Below, piece by piece: positions 46,622 to 59,357 of a stretch of DNA of 64,000 nt. Positions within the stretch are counted from its first letter, which is position 1, and each line of letters begins with the position of its first letter. The notes beneath the pieces are model-generated. The model did not search any database, was not told the origin of the DNA, and saw nothing but the letters and a program-made list of their open reading frames with translations. Where the stretch lies: NCBI GenBank assembly GCA_030390025.1, contig CM059445.1:16740001-16804000 (forward strand). The letters are read 5' to 3'. A program made the position numbers and the translations under genes. Origin of the DNA: Squalus acanthias (Eukaryota).

Positions 46622-48074
46622 ACCAGTCCTTCTGAACCTGTTCCAAGACCATGGCCCAACACAGGTCCGACAGTTAACTGTCCTACAAAGTCAAATTTAG
46701 CTTTTGCTTCTTGGACAGTCTCTGCTTCCCTTCAGCAGGAACTGCTACTCAAATCTCATTTATCAGGTTTAACTCACAGCATTACACGAAGGGAGAGAAT
46801 CTGTCCCCTAAGGGCCTATTCTGCAAAATCTTGACTTTTTTGCAAGACCATATATCTTGACTTGCAGGGGTAATACGAAACCTGTCACAGGTTGATGTGC
46901 GAGAATGTCATGCTTTGTTAATGTGATTCAATGAGATTAGCTCTATAGTATTTAAGAAATACAGCCGCCTGCTGCATCGATGAATGGAGTAACGATTTCA
47001 CTTTAAAAACCTTACAGAAAAAGATTAGAGCAGAGTGTTAGGGCCCCAGAGGATATCTCTGTCTTCGCCTATATAATTCTACGTCTCCCTCGTTCGCTCT
47101 GACTTTTTATGGCTCTCTATGCCTGTCTCTGTCCTGCTGTCTCTATGGCTTTGGTTACAGCAGAGTGGCTGAGGTAGGAGTCCATACTTGCCTTGAAGGC
47201 AGTGCAACGAAGGTTCACTAGATTGATTCCTGGGATGAGGATTGTCCTATGAGGAGAGATTGAGTAGATTGGGCCTATGTTGTCTGGAGTTTAGAAGAAT
47301 GATCTCATTGAAATGTATAAAATTCTGAGGGGGATTGACAGGGTAGATGCTGAGAGGTTGTTTCCTCTGGCTGGAGAGTCTAGAACCAGGGGTCATAGTC
47401 TCAGGATAAGGGGTCGGCCATTTAAGACTGAGATGAGGAGAAATTTCTTAACTCAGAGGGTGGTGAATCTTTGGAATTCTCTACCCCAAAGGGCTGTGGA
47501 TGCTGAGTATATTCAAGACAGAGATGGATAGATTTTTGGACTCTAGGGGAATCAAGGGATATGGGGATCGGGCAGGAAAGTGGAGTTGAGGTCGATGATC
47601 AGCCATGATCTTATTGAATGGCAGACAGGCTCGAGGGGCCGAATGGCCTCCTCCTGCTCCTAAGTCTTATGTTCTTATTATTAATTGACCAGCGATACGA
47701 GTCCAGACTGGTATTGCGACTGACATTTGTAGGGACAGCAGGTGCCAAGTGTGGTTCTATTATTTAATTTGGGCAAATGCCTTTTTATCTCCACGCGGTT
47801 TAATTTTATATTTAATGAAATGGGCTCTTTATCCTAAAGAAACTTCAGGCTTTGTAAAGAAAACAATCCTTTATTACATGCTAGATAATCGACATCAGAA
47901 TTAAACAACATCTTCGGTTCAGGCACGATTTAGAATTGCTTTAACAATAATAAAAACATAGCAACTTCTGGCTCTCTAAAATGCAAACCCTTTGTGGAAA
48001 ACAATAGTCTCTCTCAGACTAACCCCTTAACAAAAGCTTATACACTCATGGTTTTGCTTAGGCCCTCTGAATAT

Positions 48075-48523
48075 TTTATACAGTAGCAAAATACTGCGGA
48101 TGCTGGAAATCTGAAATAACAACAGAAAATGCTGGAAACACTCAGCAGGTCAGGCAGCATCCGTGGAGAGAGAATCAGAGTCAACGTTTCAGATCTGGGA
48201 CCCTTCATCAGAACTGGAAAAGGCTAGAGATGTAATAGATTTTAAGCAATTGTTGAATTCAGTGTTGTGTTCAACAACTTCAGACTATAACCCCTGCCCC
48301 CATTTTTCAGGCTGTTGATGATTCTGCCATCCCCATTTGCAACATTTAATCCTGCCTCCTACCCTAGCACAGACTATTCCTTCAGTTCCTTCCTCCCCCT
48401 CCCCCCCCCTTTCCCTGTCTCTGCACCTGCTTAAAACCTGTTACATCTCTAACTTTTCCAGTTCTGATGAAAGGTCCCAGACCTGACACGTTGACTCTGT
48501 TTCTCTCTCCACGGATGCTGCCT
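48075..48523. mobile_element. inverted pair of family B hammerhead elements
   Basis: Minus copy about 48085-48250 (HHR 48178-48216); plus copy about 48428-48523 (CTGATGA 48464-48470, GAAA mutated to GACA); TSD GGCCCTCTGAATAT at 48061-48074 and 48524-48537. Confidence 0.8.
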
Positions 48524-48587
48524 GGCCCTCTGAATATCTTGATGGACGCGAATTGTGTTGCGGCTCATGATTTTCTCTTGTGGTTAG

Positions 48588-48851
48588 TCGGGTCGCCAAC
48601 CCTCCAGGATTTCCCTGGAGTCTCCAGGAATTGAAGGTTAATCTCCAGGACACTGGGGCGAGCAACACCCAGGAGAAAAATCAGCGGGGCGTTAAATAAA
48701 TTATTTATTTTCCAATTTCTTTGAACACTTTCATATTAGTTATAAAAGTATTAGAGATGGGGGGGGTAAAGGCTGAGCTGGGCAGTTGGATGGGGGGGAG
48801 GTGATGTGATGAAATCTCCTGGAGTAGATCCAACCAGAGTTGGGAACCCTA
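48588..48851. mobile_element. hAT-Tip100-like MITE; an inverted copy at about 4636-4880
   Basis: Ends resemble TAGGGTTGCCAAC; imperfect 8 bp TSD GTGGTTAG/GTAGTCAG; shared internal CCCTGGAGTCTCCAGGAATTGAAG. Confidence 0.6.
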
Positions 48852-49614
48852 GTAGTCAGCTTGGCCATTCCAGAAGCAATCTGTAAGCTCGCATCCAGGC
48901 AGAAAGCGGTGCCTTAGAGCAAAGCAGTGATGAAGCGAACACTTCCTTTACATGGTTGGGTTCTTTTCTAGTAATAGTCCTTTTAATCCCACATTCCACC
49001 CTACGTAAACTTGAGGCCATCCAAAACTCGGCTGCCCGTGTCCTAACTCGCACCAAGCCCCGTTCACCCATCACCCCCTGTGCTCGCTGACCTACATTGG
49101 CTCCGGTTAAGCAACGCCTCGATTTCAAAATTCTCATCCTTGTTTTCCAATCCCTCCATGGGCCTCGCCCCTCCCTATCTCTGTAATCTCCTCCAGCCCC
49201 ACAACCCCCCGAGATATCTGCGCTCCTCTAATTCTGCCCTCTTGAGCATCCCTGATTATAATCGCTCAACCATTGGCGGCTGTGCCTTGAGCTGTCTAGG
49301 CCCTAAGCTTTGGAATTCCCTCCCTAAACCTCTCCGCCTCTCCACCTCCTTCTCCTTCTATAAGAAGCTCCTTAAAACCCACCTCTTTAGCCCCTCTGAA
49401 TATCTCGTTCTTTAGCTTACACCTTCTATGAAGCGTCTTGGGATGTTTTTCTATGTTAAAGGCCCTATATAAATGCAAGTTGTTCTATCACATGAAGAAT
49501 AATGAATATTTGGGATGAACTTATAAGGTTGTAATTCAGTCAATGTGCTCTGGTGACTAGACCTTAAGAGTTAAACGTAATGTCCTCTGAAACCTAAGAT
49601 GGGGTTATAACAAT

Positions 49615-50285
49615 CTGTATTCATCTTTCCACCTCCATAACATCGCCCGTCTCCGCCCTTGCCTCAGCTCATCCGCTACTGAAACCCTCATCCATGCCTT
49701 TGTTACCTCTAGACTTGACTATTCCAACGCACTCCTGGCTGGCCTCCCACATTCCACCCTACGTAAACTTGAGGTCATCCAAAACTCGGCTGCCCGTGTC
49801 CTAACTCGCACCAAGTCCCGTTCGCCCATCACCCCTGTGCTCGCTGACCTACATTGGCACCCGGTTAAGCAACGCCTCAATTTCAAAATTCTCATCCTTG
49901 TTTTCAAATCCCTCCATGGCCTCGCCCCCTCCCCATCTCTGTAACCTCCTCCAGCCCCACAACCCCCCGAGATATCTGCGCCCCTCAAATTCTGCCCTCT
50001 TGAGCATCCCTGATTATAATCGCTCAACTATTGGTGGCCGTGCCTTCAGCTGCCTGGACCCTAAGCTCTGGAATTCCCTCCCTAAACCTCTCCGCCTCGC
50101 TACCTCTCTCTCCTCCTTTAAGACGCTCCTTAAAACCGACCTCTTTGACCCAGCTTTTGGCCACCTGTCCTAATATATCCTTATGTGGCTCGGTGTCAAA
50201 TTTTTTGTCTTAAAATACTCCCGTGAAGTGCCTTGGGCCGTTTTACTACGTTAAAGGCGCTGTATAAATACAAGGTGTTGTTGTA
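49615..50285 (+). mobile_element. L2-type LINE 3' fragment; others at about 3818-4105(-), 19545-19790(-), 43490-44020(+), 48988-49485(+), 63470-63830(+)
   Basis: Encodes LIHAFVTSRLDYSNALLAGL...PITPVLADLHW; tail GGCGCTATATAAATACAAGTTGTTG. Confidence 0.85.
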
Positions 50286-53200
50286 ATCGTGAACCACAAC
50301 TCTGAGGCGATTGCTGGCCAACAATAGGACTTCTTCAGGTCCAACTCCAGGATTGACTGACCCTCCGTTTGTTTGCTACTCTTTTGGACAGACCCATCAA
50401 GGGGACAGCAGGTCACCAATGTTCAGTCTAAGCTGAGCTCGTGCACGCCCGCACAGCGCTCTGGAAGGTTCGGCCCATTGAAGTAAACGGGTCGCGCACA
50501 ACGAAGGACATTTAGAGGGAACGTTGCCGGTCACCCCAGTCTCATCGAAGAAAATAATCGAACAAAAATTCCCCCTTTTTAAAGGGGGCAACAACGAAAA
50601 ACACCCCACCTCATTAACAAGCAAAGGAAACTTAATCGGCCCGGGTTTCCCAGGGCGTGTGACCGCGACACGCGGTGCTCTACGCGGCCGTAAGCGCCTA
50701 CGGCTTTACCCAGCGGTCTGTCAAGAATCTGCTCGACAGATCCTCCGCATCGCCGGGAAACGGGCCTCCACGGGCGGAGAGTCGGGGCCGTTTGCCCAGC
50801 GAATGCCCGTGAAACTCTCACGCCCGGTGAAAGCAGGCATGGGGCGTTCTTTTACCAAACGTAAAAGGTGAAAACAAATATAAAAATAAAAAATTTTCAA
50901 ATCATTTTAACATCAAAAACCTGTAAAATAAGTTGGTGTTATTTTTTGGCCCCCTGAAAATGTTTAATTTTTTTTAAAAATTGCATTTTTTGTTTTAAAT
51001 GTTTAATTAAATTGTATTTTAATTTATTTTAAACATGTAATGACTTTTTTTTAAATTTCAGTGCTGTTAAAATGTGTTTTTTGGGTGATTCCTATTAAGC
51101 TCACGGGGAGTCCGTACATAAATGGAATCCTCATAAGCATAATAGGGATCCCCCTTTCTCATTGGTTGGACCGGCCCACGTGATCTCAAGGGACGCTCGC
51201 GAACCGCCTGCGCCCCTGGGATACGTGGGCCTTTACGCAGGCCTACGCGTAGCGGCCCAGGAGCGTGAGTCGCCGTGGATCCGGGACCATTGGGTAGGTG
51301 CGTTAGATTTATTGCGGTTCGGAAGCGTCCGTCCCCGGGAAGTCTCCGACCGCAAATTCCGGCCCACCAAATTAAACGAGAGTATTATTTACACCATCTA
51401 CCAGGCGCTCCAGTCCCTACGGTGCCTCCATTTGGGTTTTATTTTAAATTCCAGTGTCTTTCATGTGGCCAAGTTAAATAAATCTGCTCCGATCTGGAGA
51501 GCCAGGTTCTGCAGGTTGCTATGGTGATCTGTTCCCTCCGTGTGTAACGAGATGTAATTTAACAACCTTTTTTTTGGTTTTAGCCGGCTTGGAGCCGATT
51601 TTATTCTTTCAAAATAACTTCGGTTGATCAGATGTATTTTAACTGCACATTGTGGAATGGGGAAAGGGCAGAATCTGTGAATGGACGATCGGCCATTTAG
51701 AATACAAATAATGCGATAACTTAACTTACATTTACAGTCAAAGTTAGGGTTCATTTTGACTTTGGGCGCTAGTGTAAAATGGGCGATATCAATTCAGCCG
51801 CCGTTATACACTTCTCCCGATTTGGGAAATTAGCCCCCCCCCCCCCCACCGCCCCCGGTGCCCTGTCGTCCCTTCATTGCACAGATAATAAAAAGCATAC
51901 AATTTATTTTGAATGGCTTATATTTGGAACTGCATCTTCCATGTCACCGCTTCCAAATTGGTATGAAATGACTCTTAAACGATCTCATAGAGTCATAACG
52001 GCACAGAAGGAGGCCATTCGGCCCATCGAGTCGGTGCCGGCTCTCTGTAGAGCAATCCAGTCAGTCCCATTCCCCCCGTTCTATCCCCGTAGCCCTGCAA
52101 GTTTATTTCCCTCAAGTGCCTATCCAGTCTCCCCTTGAAAACATTGAGTGTCGCCGCTTCCACCACTGTCCTGTTGTTGTTGTTGGCGGCTGGTGTTCAG
52201 TGAGGTAATTTGAGCCCGGGTTAGATAGGATTACATCGGATATACGGCACAGAAACAGGCCATTCGGCCCAACCAGTCCATGCCGGCATTTATGCTCCAC
52301 TTGAGCCTCCTCCCGTCTTTCCTCATCTAACTCTTATCAGCGTAACCCTCTATTCCCCTCTCCCTCATGTATTTATCTAGTCTCCCCTTAAATGCATCTG
52401 TGCTATTCGCCTCAACCACTCCCTGTGGTAGCGAGTTCCACAATCTCACCACTCTCTGGGTAAAGAAGTTTCTTCTGAATTCCTTATTGGATTTCTCGGT
52501 GACTATCTTATATTGATGGCCTCTAGTTTTGCTCTTCCCCACAAGTGGAAACACTCTCTCTGTATCCACTCTATCAAAACCTTTCATAATTTTAAAGGCC
52601 TTTATTAGGTCACCCCTCAGCCTTCTCTTTTCCAGAGAAAAGAGACCCAGCCTGTTCATCCCTTCCTGATATGTATACCTTCGTAGTTCTGGTAAATGTG
52701 GTGTCATGGCGACAGTGTCTCTTTTCCGAATGGGCGAGCCAGGACTAAGATTTAGTCCGATGGGGAAACTGTTTTGGTGGCTGGATCTCCATTTGTTGGA
52801 GAATAGGCTCGGTAGTTCTTTGTAGAATGTGATTAGTGAATGAAAAAAACAATCTTGGCAGAATGTCTTTGGTCATTTTATGGAATGTCATCGGTGAGAA
52901 AACCAATTAGAAAGCAGAAAAAACAACTGGCTGGAAAGTGGAACCACAGAAAAAAGAAAATAGCAGACAACATTACACGCGCGCACACAAAAAACTATTC
53001 TGTTACAATCGATAACGTTTCTTTATTTTTCATTTCACTAAATAATATAGTAATCAGGTTAATTAGATTTTTCTGTATGTGTTTTGGTTTGGCTTGGCTT
53101 GGCTCGTTGGTAGCAATCTCACCTCTGAGACTAGAACATTGTGGGTTCAAACCCCACTCCTGGATTTGAGCCCGTCATCTAGCCTGGCACTCCAGTGCGG

Positions 53201-53721
53201 TGCTGCGGGAGTGCTGCGTTGTCGGAGGTGTGCCGTCTTTCGGATACGGTCGTGGCGCAGTGGGCAGCACTCTGGCCTCTGAGTCAGAAGGTTGTGGGTT
53301 CGAGTTCCCACTCCAGGCACGAGCACAAGGTTGACACTCCCAGTGCAATACTGAGGGAGTGCTGCACTGTCGGAGACGCTGCCTTTTGGATACAATGCTA
53401 ATTCGAAGCCCAGTCTAGACATTGAGTCATATTCAACCGTTGAAGGTGTCACAGCTGAGCCTAATGCTCAACCAGTGTCCAAACATAACTTTTAAGTAGG
53501 GGGTCACTCGATGCCACTCTGACTGCTTTCCTCCCTCCCTACCTTCAGAGCGTGGAGTCAAACTATAACCCCTCTACTTTAGATCAACTATCTCAGTACA
53601 AAACCAGAGATAAAACCTGGGACTTCCTTGTCTGTCAGGCTCGATAGCACACTAGCAAATCCTTAACCTACAGAGGAATATATGATCCATTGAGTGCACA
53701 CACAGCCAGTTTTCATTGGGT

Positions 53722-54172
53722 GTCAGCCATGGCTCAGTGGGTAGCACTCTCGCCTCTGATGTAGATGGTCGAGGGTTCAAGTCCCACTCCAGAGACTTAA
53801 GCACATAATCTAGGCTGATACCCCCCATGCACTACTGAAGGAGCGCTGCACTGTTGGAGGTGCCATCTTTTGGATGAGATGTTAAACTGAGATCCCGTCT
53901 GCTCTCTCAGGTCCCATGGCACTATTTCGAAGAAGAGCAGGGGAGTTCTCCCCGGTGTCCTGGCCAATATTTATCCCTTCAACCAAAACAGATTATCTGG
54001 TCATTATCTCATTGCTGTGTGTGGGAGCTTGCTGTGCGCAAATTGGCTGCCACGTTTCCTACATTACAACAGTGACTACACTTCAAAAGTACTTCGTAGG
54101 ATGTACGTAGGCTCTTTGAGACGTCCTGAGGTCGTGAAAGACGCTATAGAAATGCAAGTTCTTTCTTTCTTT
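53722..54172 (+). mobile_element. full-length Deu-domain tRNA SINE; other copies at about 9640-9740(-), 10048-10426(-), 30757-31133(+), 36925-37845(+, split), 53100-53400(+), 57145-57295(+), 59280-60795(+, split), 62330-62780(-)
   Basis: A box TGGCTCAGTGG, B box GGTTCAAGTCC, core GAAGAAGAGCAGGGGAGTTCTCCCCGGTGTCCTGGCCAATATTTATCCC...GCTGTGCGCAAATTGGCTGCC. Confidence 0.85.
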
Positions 54173-55160
54173 TGTCAAGCCTGATTACCCAGTGCAAAGT
54201 TTTGATTTTATAGAAGCATTACAAGACTGACAATTTCTAAATTATAAAGCAGGCATGTCAGAAGGCCAGATAAGTGCGTTGCACAAGGAGATATTCAGTA
54301 ACTTTGCCGCTCAACTCGTTATTCCAACTAAAGTCACTTTCCCCTTTAAGTGCCTTCATTTCTCACCTTGAATCTCCCTGCCTCCACTCTGATATTTCCT
54401 AATCATTCCAGCGCTGTGTTTAGAAGTATTCATAACAGTGAGACTCCATATTACGTGCTTGGGGCAGCATGAAATTGTTTGGAAGAGTCATATTACGGTG
54501 AATGCCCCATCATCCACAATCTATATTTGTTAAGGAACAATTCCGAGATGATTCATTGTCCTTATTGGTACCAGGCTCTCTGATACTTTCACGGCCAAGT
54601 TAGTTGTCCCTGTAATCTACTTCATCAATGTCTGTCCATGCAAAGCTCAGCTCATTATAAGCTTCTCTCACTTCGTACATATTTGCAGCCTAGTCTCATT
54701 TTCCGAATGTTATCCCTTCCTATCCTGACTCTTGATGCAGCAGACACGATGGGCCGAATGGCCTCCTTCTGCGCTGTAATTATCTATGATTCTATGAACA
54801 TCAGTTACCTCACTCAAATGGCCACTCTCCCCGTGTTAGCCAAGACAATGAGTGTTGGCAGGCTATTCTATTACTACCTTTGAGGCGTCGCTATGCACGC
54901 ACCTTCTATCGGGGCCCACTGAGTATCCATCAGGAACGTGTACCCGAGCTGACCTTTTCCTCCTCCCTACCCTAGGAGCGGTAAAGACCTGCATCAGCCC
55001 TTATATCAGCTCATCCTGGATGGCCCAGAGATCAACCTTCCGATCTGTACAAGTCTCTTCAAAAGTATATTTTAGATTAGAAGAAAGAAATTCTCCAATA
55101 AGAATTGAAGACTAAATACAGGTGAGTACAGATTAAAGGCAGAGTAACGTATTAAAATAT

Positions 55161-55260
55161 GTTCTGACGAAGGGTCATCGACCTGAAACGGTAACTCTGT
55201 TTCTCTCTCCACAGATGCTGCCTGACCTGCTGAGTACTTCCAGCATTTTCTGTTTTTATT
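55161..55260 (+). mobile_element. family B hammerhead element
   Basis: GTT-CTGACGA-AGGGTCATCGACCT-GAAA-CGGT-AAC plus the family tail; possible decayed TSD ACGTATTAAAATATG / ATGCATTAAAACATG. Confidence 0.7.
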
Positions 55261-55824
55261 ATGCATTAAAACATGGTTGGGGGAGAGAAATAAGTTTCGA
55301 AAATATTTTGATTCAATGTTATATATTTAATCCACCTGATTCCGTGACGTTAGTCATTGATATCCATTTTGAAAATTAGTCACTTTATTTTTTTTTTATT
55401 TCATTCACGGGATATGGGCGTCGCTGGCAAGGCCAGCATTTATTGCCCATCCCTAGTTGCCCTTGAGAAGGTGGTGGTGAGCCGCCTTCTTGAACCGCTG
55501 CAGTCCTTGCGGTGAAGGTGCTCCCACAGTGCTGTTAGGGAGGGAGTTCCAGGATTTTGACCCAGCGACGATGAGGAAACGGCCGATATATTTCCAAGTC
55601 AGGATGGTGTGTGACTCGGAGGGGAACTCGGAGGTGGTGGTGTTCTATCTCGCAAGATAGAAAACAGATGGAGTTCTGCCCATTAAACCCTCGCTGCTCA
55701 ATTGGCAATGAATCAGGCCAGGTTTGAAGTGATGCTCTGTTCAATGCACTTGGAGCAGCATTGTTGGTGTAAGCTTCACTTAGCGGCGTTACTATAGAGA
55801 TCCAGCTGTCGATTCTCCGGTCTG

Positions 55825-56570
55825 TCTATGCCCTCCTGAAGTCTGTAATGTTACTATCCTCCTCACTGTTTACTACATTTTCCAAGTTTTCTGCCTTCTG
55901 CAAACTTTGAAATTGTCCCCCCTTTTCCCAAGTCCAAGTCATTAATATATTATCAAAAGGAGCAGTGGGCCTAATACCAACCCCTGGGGGACACCACTCT
56001 ATACTTCCATCCAGTCTGAAAAACAACCGTTCACCACCACTACCCTCTTCTTTCTGTCTCTTAGCCTATTTTGTATCCACGCTGCCACTGTTACTTTAAT
56101 CTCATAGGCTTCAATTCTACAAACAAGCCTAATATTTGGCACTTTATCAAACGCTTTTTTGGAAGTCCATATACACAGAATTACTACCTTCGTCAAACCT
56201 CTCCATTATTTAATCGACAACTCAAAGAGTTTGCCAGACAAATTTTGCCTTTAAAAATCCGTGTTGGCTGTCATTTATTAACCCCTGTTTCTCCAAGTGG
56301 AAATTAATTTTGTCCCTGATTATGATCTCTAGAAGTTTCCCCACCGCCGACGTTAGGCTGACTGGCCTGTAGCTTATCCCTTTCCCCTTTTTTTAAACAG
56401 GGGTGTAACCTTTACAATCCTCCAGTCCTCTGGCACCACTCCCATATCCCATAGGAGGATTGAAAGATTGTGGTCAGAGCCTCTGCAATTTTCACCCGTA
56501 CTTCCCTCAGCGGCCTAGGATGCATCCCATCCGGACCGGGTGACTCTTTCTACTTTGAGCGCTGCCACCC
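55825..56570 (-). mobile_element. degenerate CR1 RT fragment
   Basis: KAFDKVP, WIQNRLRDRKKRVVV with frameshifts. Confidence 0.8.
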
Positions 56571-59357
56571 CTTTTTAGTATAAATATATTTCACATGAAG
56601 TCATTACAGAGAACCAAGCATCAGTTAAAAAGAAACATTATTTCTGAAATAGATACTGTAGGCAGGGACTGTGGGTATTTGCGTTATTAGCTGTTATATC
56701 TCGGCGGAGAAGCTGATTATTGTGTGCTACAGCAGCTTAATAAGATGTATTTCTTCACTTAATAGTCATCAGAGTTGTCTCAGTGCAGTAACAATATAAA
56801 TGATAATTTACCGCTGCGAGTTTATGCCTGGCACATAATACAGAGCCTGCCTTGCAATAGAATCCTGCCAGTATCCATCTGGAGAGGGCCAATAGGGCAT
56901 CCGTTGATTCTTACAGAGCCCAGACCTTAAACAACAGTCTGTGCAAAACAATTGGCATCAGTCTGTAGCCTGAAGCAACTTCACTCCAATTATTAATAAT
57001 TGCAACAATTAGTTATGATTTCCAAACCTCGCTGTTCAACACGGTGAAAGTTCATACCTTTGAACGTGGTCTCCAGAACTCTCAAACAGTAAACTGGATA
57101 TGAGAGGATAGCGATTCTGATTGGTGAACCCTCATATATTTAGGTGTCAGCCGTGGCTCAGTGGACAGCACCCTCGCCTCTGAGTCACAAGATTTGTGGG
57201 TTCAAGTCCCACTCCAGAGACTTGAGCACAAAATCCAGGCCGACACTCCCAGTGCCAGTACCGAGGGAGTGCTACACTGTCGGAGATGCCGTTCTTCGCT
57301 TATAATGTATTCCCTTTACACTCAGTGCATTCTCTGTTGTTTGATGAGTTCTTGAATTCAAGACCTCATCAAACCTCTTTTGTAAGCAGAAATTAGATGG
57401 TTGTTGCATCGGAGAATGCAGCGGCCATCTGTCATCTCTGCCGCGGAGGTGCGAGACTCTCCGCATCCCCAACTGTTGAAGCCTGCAGGAAGAAACAAAG
57501 GAAAGTAAACATTTTCTATCACTTTTCACTCACCTCACATACATACCTCTCCACACTTGCACCCATCACTCACCTCCACAGAGCACTTTTGCACCCCTCC
57601 GACCCCCGCAGACCCACTACTCACCTCGCTGACCCTGGCGGGGTTTCCCGACGTTGGGAAGCCCGCGCCTCTGCTGGAAAAATGGGGATAATCCTCTTAA
57701 CTGCCTGTTAACTACCTGTTAACAGGCAGTTAAGTGGCTGTAATCCCCTTCCCGCTTCCAGGAGATGGGACCCGGCGCGGGTCGGCTACCCACCTCCTGG
57801 GAAGATGGCACCCGCCCCCAGATTCTGCACATTTTCCCGGCAGTCCCACCTCCAAACCCGCCTCCCCAGGGCTGGCAAGATCGCGCCCATTGTTGCACTT
57901 ACTCACACTCTGCACCACTCACACTTACGATTTCACTCACTCACAGTGCAGGTTATCTCATACTCAGTCTATTGACACTCCACCAGTTTAGGATTGGAGC
58001 AAGGCTGAAAGCACCTTGCAGTACCGTTAAGCTTGGGGTGTAAATCGCTCGTGAAGGCCCAAACTGACTCCGAAGTGAAGAGGAATGGCGCGCTTTCCTC
58101 CAGGGGGGGTCACTCTGCTCGATTCCGGTGACAAGTCAAAACTGAGGATGGACAGGCAGACAGGCATATTAACACAACGAGAAAAATAGGTGGGGGATGA
58201 AATATAGCAATATTTAAAAGACAGACTGGAACGGTAGCACAGTGGTTATGTTACTGGACTAGCAATCCAGAGACCTGGACTAATGATCCGGAGACATGAA
58301 TTCACATCTCCACCAGGGCAGTAATGGGGAAATTAAGTTAAATTAATTCAATAAATCTGGAATAAAAAGCTAGTATCAGTAATGGTGACCGTGAAACTAC
58401 TGGATCGTTGTAAAAACCCACTTGGTTCACTAATGTCCTTTAGGGAAGGAAATCTGCCGTCCTTACCCGGTCTGGCCTATATGTGACTCCAGACCCACAG
58501 CGATGTGGTTGACTCTTAACTGCCTTCTGAAAATGGCCTAGCAAGACACTCAGTTGTAAAAAACCACTGCGAATCCCGTGAATAAATTTTTAAAAAGGCC
58601 ACCCAGAGAGGAACCAATAATGGAATGATATAATGGATCTTCTCAGTCAAGTAATGGACAAACACACTAAGATATTCAAGTGAGAGGGTGGGTAACTGGT
58701 TAATGGAAGGGAGGAACTGGGGAAATGTGAGAAGGGTGAGATGGATTAAAGTGTGAAATTAAAAGAGATTTGAAAATAAGGATAGAGTTAAATTCTGATT
58801 TTACTGAAATCACAATCAAATGGACAACCAGGTTCCTGACACTCTCACAATGCATTTCTTTTGTGGTAATTGTAGGGACCACCTTATCTATAAGGATTTG
58901 GTAAGTAATCAGCTAGCTTTGACTTCCTAATGCTTCTTGAGGTGTTTAATTGGCTCCTATTTGCAGTTTAGAGATGGTTTAGAGGATTGAGTGCTGCTGC
59001 CTTCTCCTGGCTGGACTGGTAGAGCGTTCCCACAGACTAAACCCATCAGTATTACATCAAATTACAAAGTATTTACAACACAGAAACAGGCCATTCGGCC
59101 CAACTGGTCCGTGCCGGTGTTTATGCTCCACACGAGCCTCCTCCCACCCCTCTTCATCTCACCCTATCAGCATATCCTTCTATTCCTTTCTCTCTCTCTC
59201 ATGTTTATCTAGCTTCCCATTGTGTGCAAACCAGGAGTAAATTCAGCCAGAAACCTTTAGTAACACTGAGTTTCCCCATGATTATCTGGTCATTATCACA
59301 CTGCTGTTTGTGGGAGCTTGCTGTGCGCAAATTGGCTGCCACGTTTCCTACATTCCA

